From: an uncultured Thiomicrospira sp.
Lineage (GTDB): Bacteria; Pseudomonadota; Gammaproteobacteria; CAKMZV01
Direction of reading: 5' to 3'
Assembly (NCBI GenBank): GCA_965195345.1
Contig: OZ239628.1
Span: 512,001-576,000 of the forward strand
DNA length: 64,000 bases
Positions within the stretch are counted from its first letter, which is position 1. The number at the start of each line of letters is the position of its first letter. Under the pieces are notes generated by a model that was not told the origin of the DNA, did no database searches, and saw nothing but the letters and a program-made list of their open reading frames with translations. The position numbers and the translations under genes were made by a program. Below are positions 62,735-64,000 of this stretch, in pieces.

Positions 62735-64000
62735 CACTGTTTTTTTCAATGTGTTCGGTTGGTGTTATTAGATCAACCATTAGAACGCTATTTTCGTTAT
62801 ACTGTAGGACGGTTACCTTACAGTCTTCAAACGCTATACTAAGCGGTGCTTGAGGTGCTTCACCAAGCAATTCTATAATGAGCCCGTTTAAAGTATTGGC
62901 GTTTTCTGAAGAGAGATTAACGTTGCAATATTCGTTGATTTCTCTGAGAGAGGCACTAGCGTCAATGTGCCAAACTCCTTTTTCCTTTAAAACTATCTCG
63001 TTGTCTACATCGGCAATATCGGATGAGAAATCGCCAACGACCTCTTCAAGGATGTCAACGATAGTAGTCAATCCTCTAATATTACCATACTCATTGATAA
63101 TAAAAGCCATTCTCTTTTGCTGGTTGCGAAAATTCTGTAATTGAGTTAAGAGATTTGTTGATTCAGGAATGAAATAGACTGGTTCACATACTTGAAGAAT
63201 ATTTTCCGCATTCAAAGTATTACTATCGAGTAAACGCAGTGCTTCACGAATGTGTAAAACGCCCTTAACTTCATCAATACTCCCGTCATAAACAGGCAAT
63301 CGAGTGTAAGTTACATTTGTAAGTAGTATGAGCAAATGTTCAATATCATCTTGAATATCAAGTCCAACGATTTCATGACGTTGAATCATTATTTCTTCAA
63401 TATTAACATCGCTAAGCTCTAGCATTCTAAGAATCATATCTTGGTGCTCTTCAGGGATACCATGTCCTGATTGTTCAATAATACTGCGCAATGCTTGGGT
63501 ATCAATAACTTGCTTTTTTTCTTTTTGCGATTGTCCAACGAGCCAAAGGAAACTATTTGCAACAATATTTACTATGTATACTATAGGTCCTAATATTTTG
63601 AGCAGAGGTTGGAGTATTAGTGAAGCATTGAAAGCTATTCTTTCAGGATGTTTTGCTGCTACAGTTTTAGGAGCTACCTCCGCAAATATTAAAATAACGA
63701 AAGTGAGCATTCCTGTAGCCGATGCAATGTATATTTCTCCGCCAAGGCGTAGTGCAATGATGGTGGTGATTGCAGAAGCAAGAATATTTACAAAATTATT
63801 GCCAAGTAGAATAGTGCCAATCAAGCGGTCTATTTTTTTTAACAGCCTCAGTGAACGAATAGCCCCAGGTACTCCTTGCTTACTCAAATGATTCAAGCGA
63901 TGCTTGTCTAGCGCCATCATCGCTGTTTCGGAACTTGAGAAAAAAGCCGATAATAGAATCAGAATAAAAAGAATGATGAATAAAGATGGCGTTGAAATGT
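62721..64000 (-). CDS. CNNM/HlyC/CorC family transporter (DUF21-CBS-CorC), 5' end beyond window
   Basis: Frame stays open to the edge (..LSAFFSSSETAMMA), LLGNN.VN, F.EV.PK, TRLPVY, EYG...G..T..DILEE.VG. Confidence 0.92.
   Translation of the reverse strand, partial: ISTPSLFIILFILILLSAFFSSSETAMMALDKHRLNHLSKQGVPGAIRSLRLLKKIDRLIGTILLGNNFVNILASAITTIIALRLGGEIYIASATGMLTFVILIFAEVAPKTVAAKHPERIAFNASLILQPLLKILGPIVYIVNIVANSFLWLVGQSQKEKKQVIDTQALRSIIEQSGHGIPEEHQDMILRMLELSDVNIEEIMIQRHEIVGLDIQDDIEHLLILLTNVTYTRLPVYDGSIDEVKGVLHIREALRLLDSNTLNAENILQVCEPVYFIPESTNLLTQLQNFRNQQKRMAFIINEYGNIRGLTTIVDILEEVVGDFSSDIADVDNEIVLKEKGVWHIDASASLREINEYCNVNLSSENANTLNGLIIELLGEAPQAPLSIAFEDCKVTVLQYNENSVLMVDLITPTEHIEKNSDDES

Overview
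An AT-rich, gene-dense chromosomal window from a Gammaproteobacterium. Gene content suggests a free-living, possibly streamlined marine lineage; that is inference. Most of it is housekeeping: tsf(3' end)-pyrH-frr-uppS-cdsA-rseP-bamA-skp-lpxD-fabZ-lpxA-lpxB-rnhB; an RRM protein; purMN-DUF3108-hflD; yciB-yciI; infA; nrdAB with tandem NrdR boxes; ilvIHC; 6S RNA-ygfA; rpe-trpEGDC; smr; surE-pcm; hpf; rplM-rpsI; dapF-thiC; amt; groES-groEL; murD; tadA; an IMPase; and a CNNM gene cut by the window edge. I found no rRNA, tRNA, CRISPR array, prophage or IS. Best leads: (1) NrdB carries the Glu/Phe signature of a tyrosyl-radical-free, Chlamydia-type class Ic (Mn/Fe) reductase. (2) A 1008-aa secreted multidomain subtilase has a 34-aa tandem repeat and a GW..GFWV C-terminal module, and overlaps a small lipoprotein gene (candidate anchoring pair). 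(3) An un-annotated 45-aa lipoprotein heads a type I secretion ABC/MFP pair that lacks TolC and substrate, divergent from a spondin-domain lipoprotein. (4) An enolase-superfamily / 2OG-Fe(II) oxygenase / FAD oxidoreductase cluster lies divergent from amt. (5) GroES has a three-Cys roof hairpin. (6) thiC has no TPP riboswitch, and several usual neighbours (dxr, ispDF, crp, nlpD-rpoS, rpoN/ptsN, glnK) are absent from their customary positions. The supplied ORF track mislabels the strand of 50228..51574; it is on the minus strand. All family calls come from motif recognition, with no database searches.
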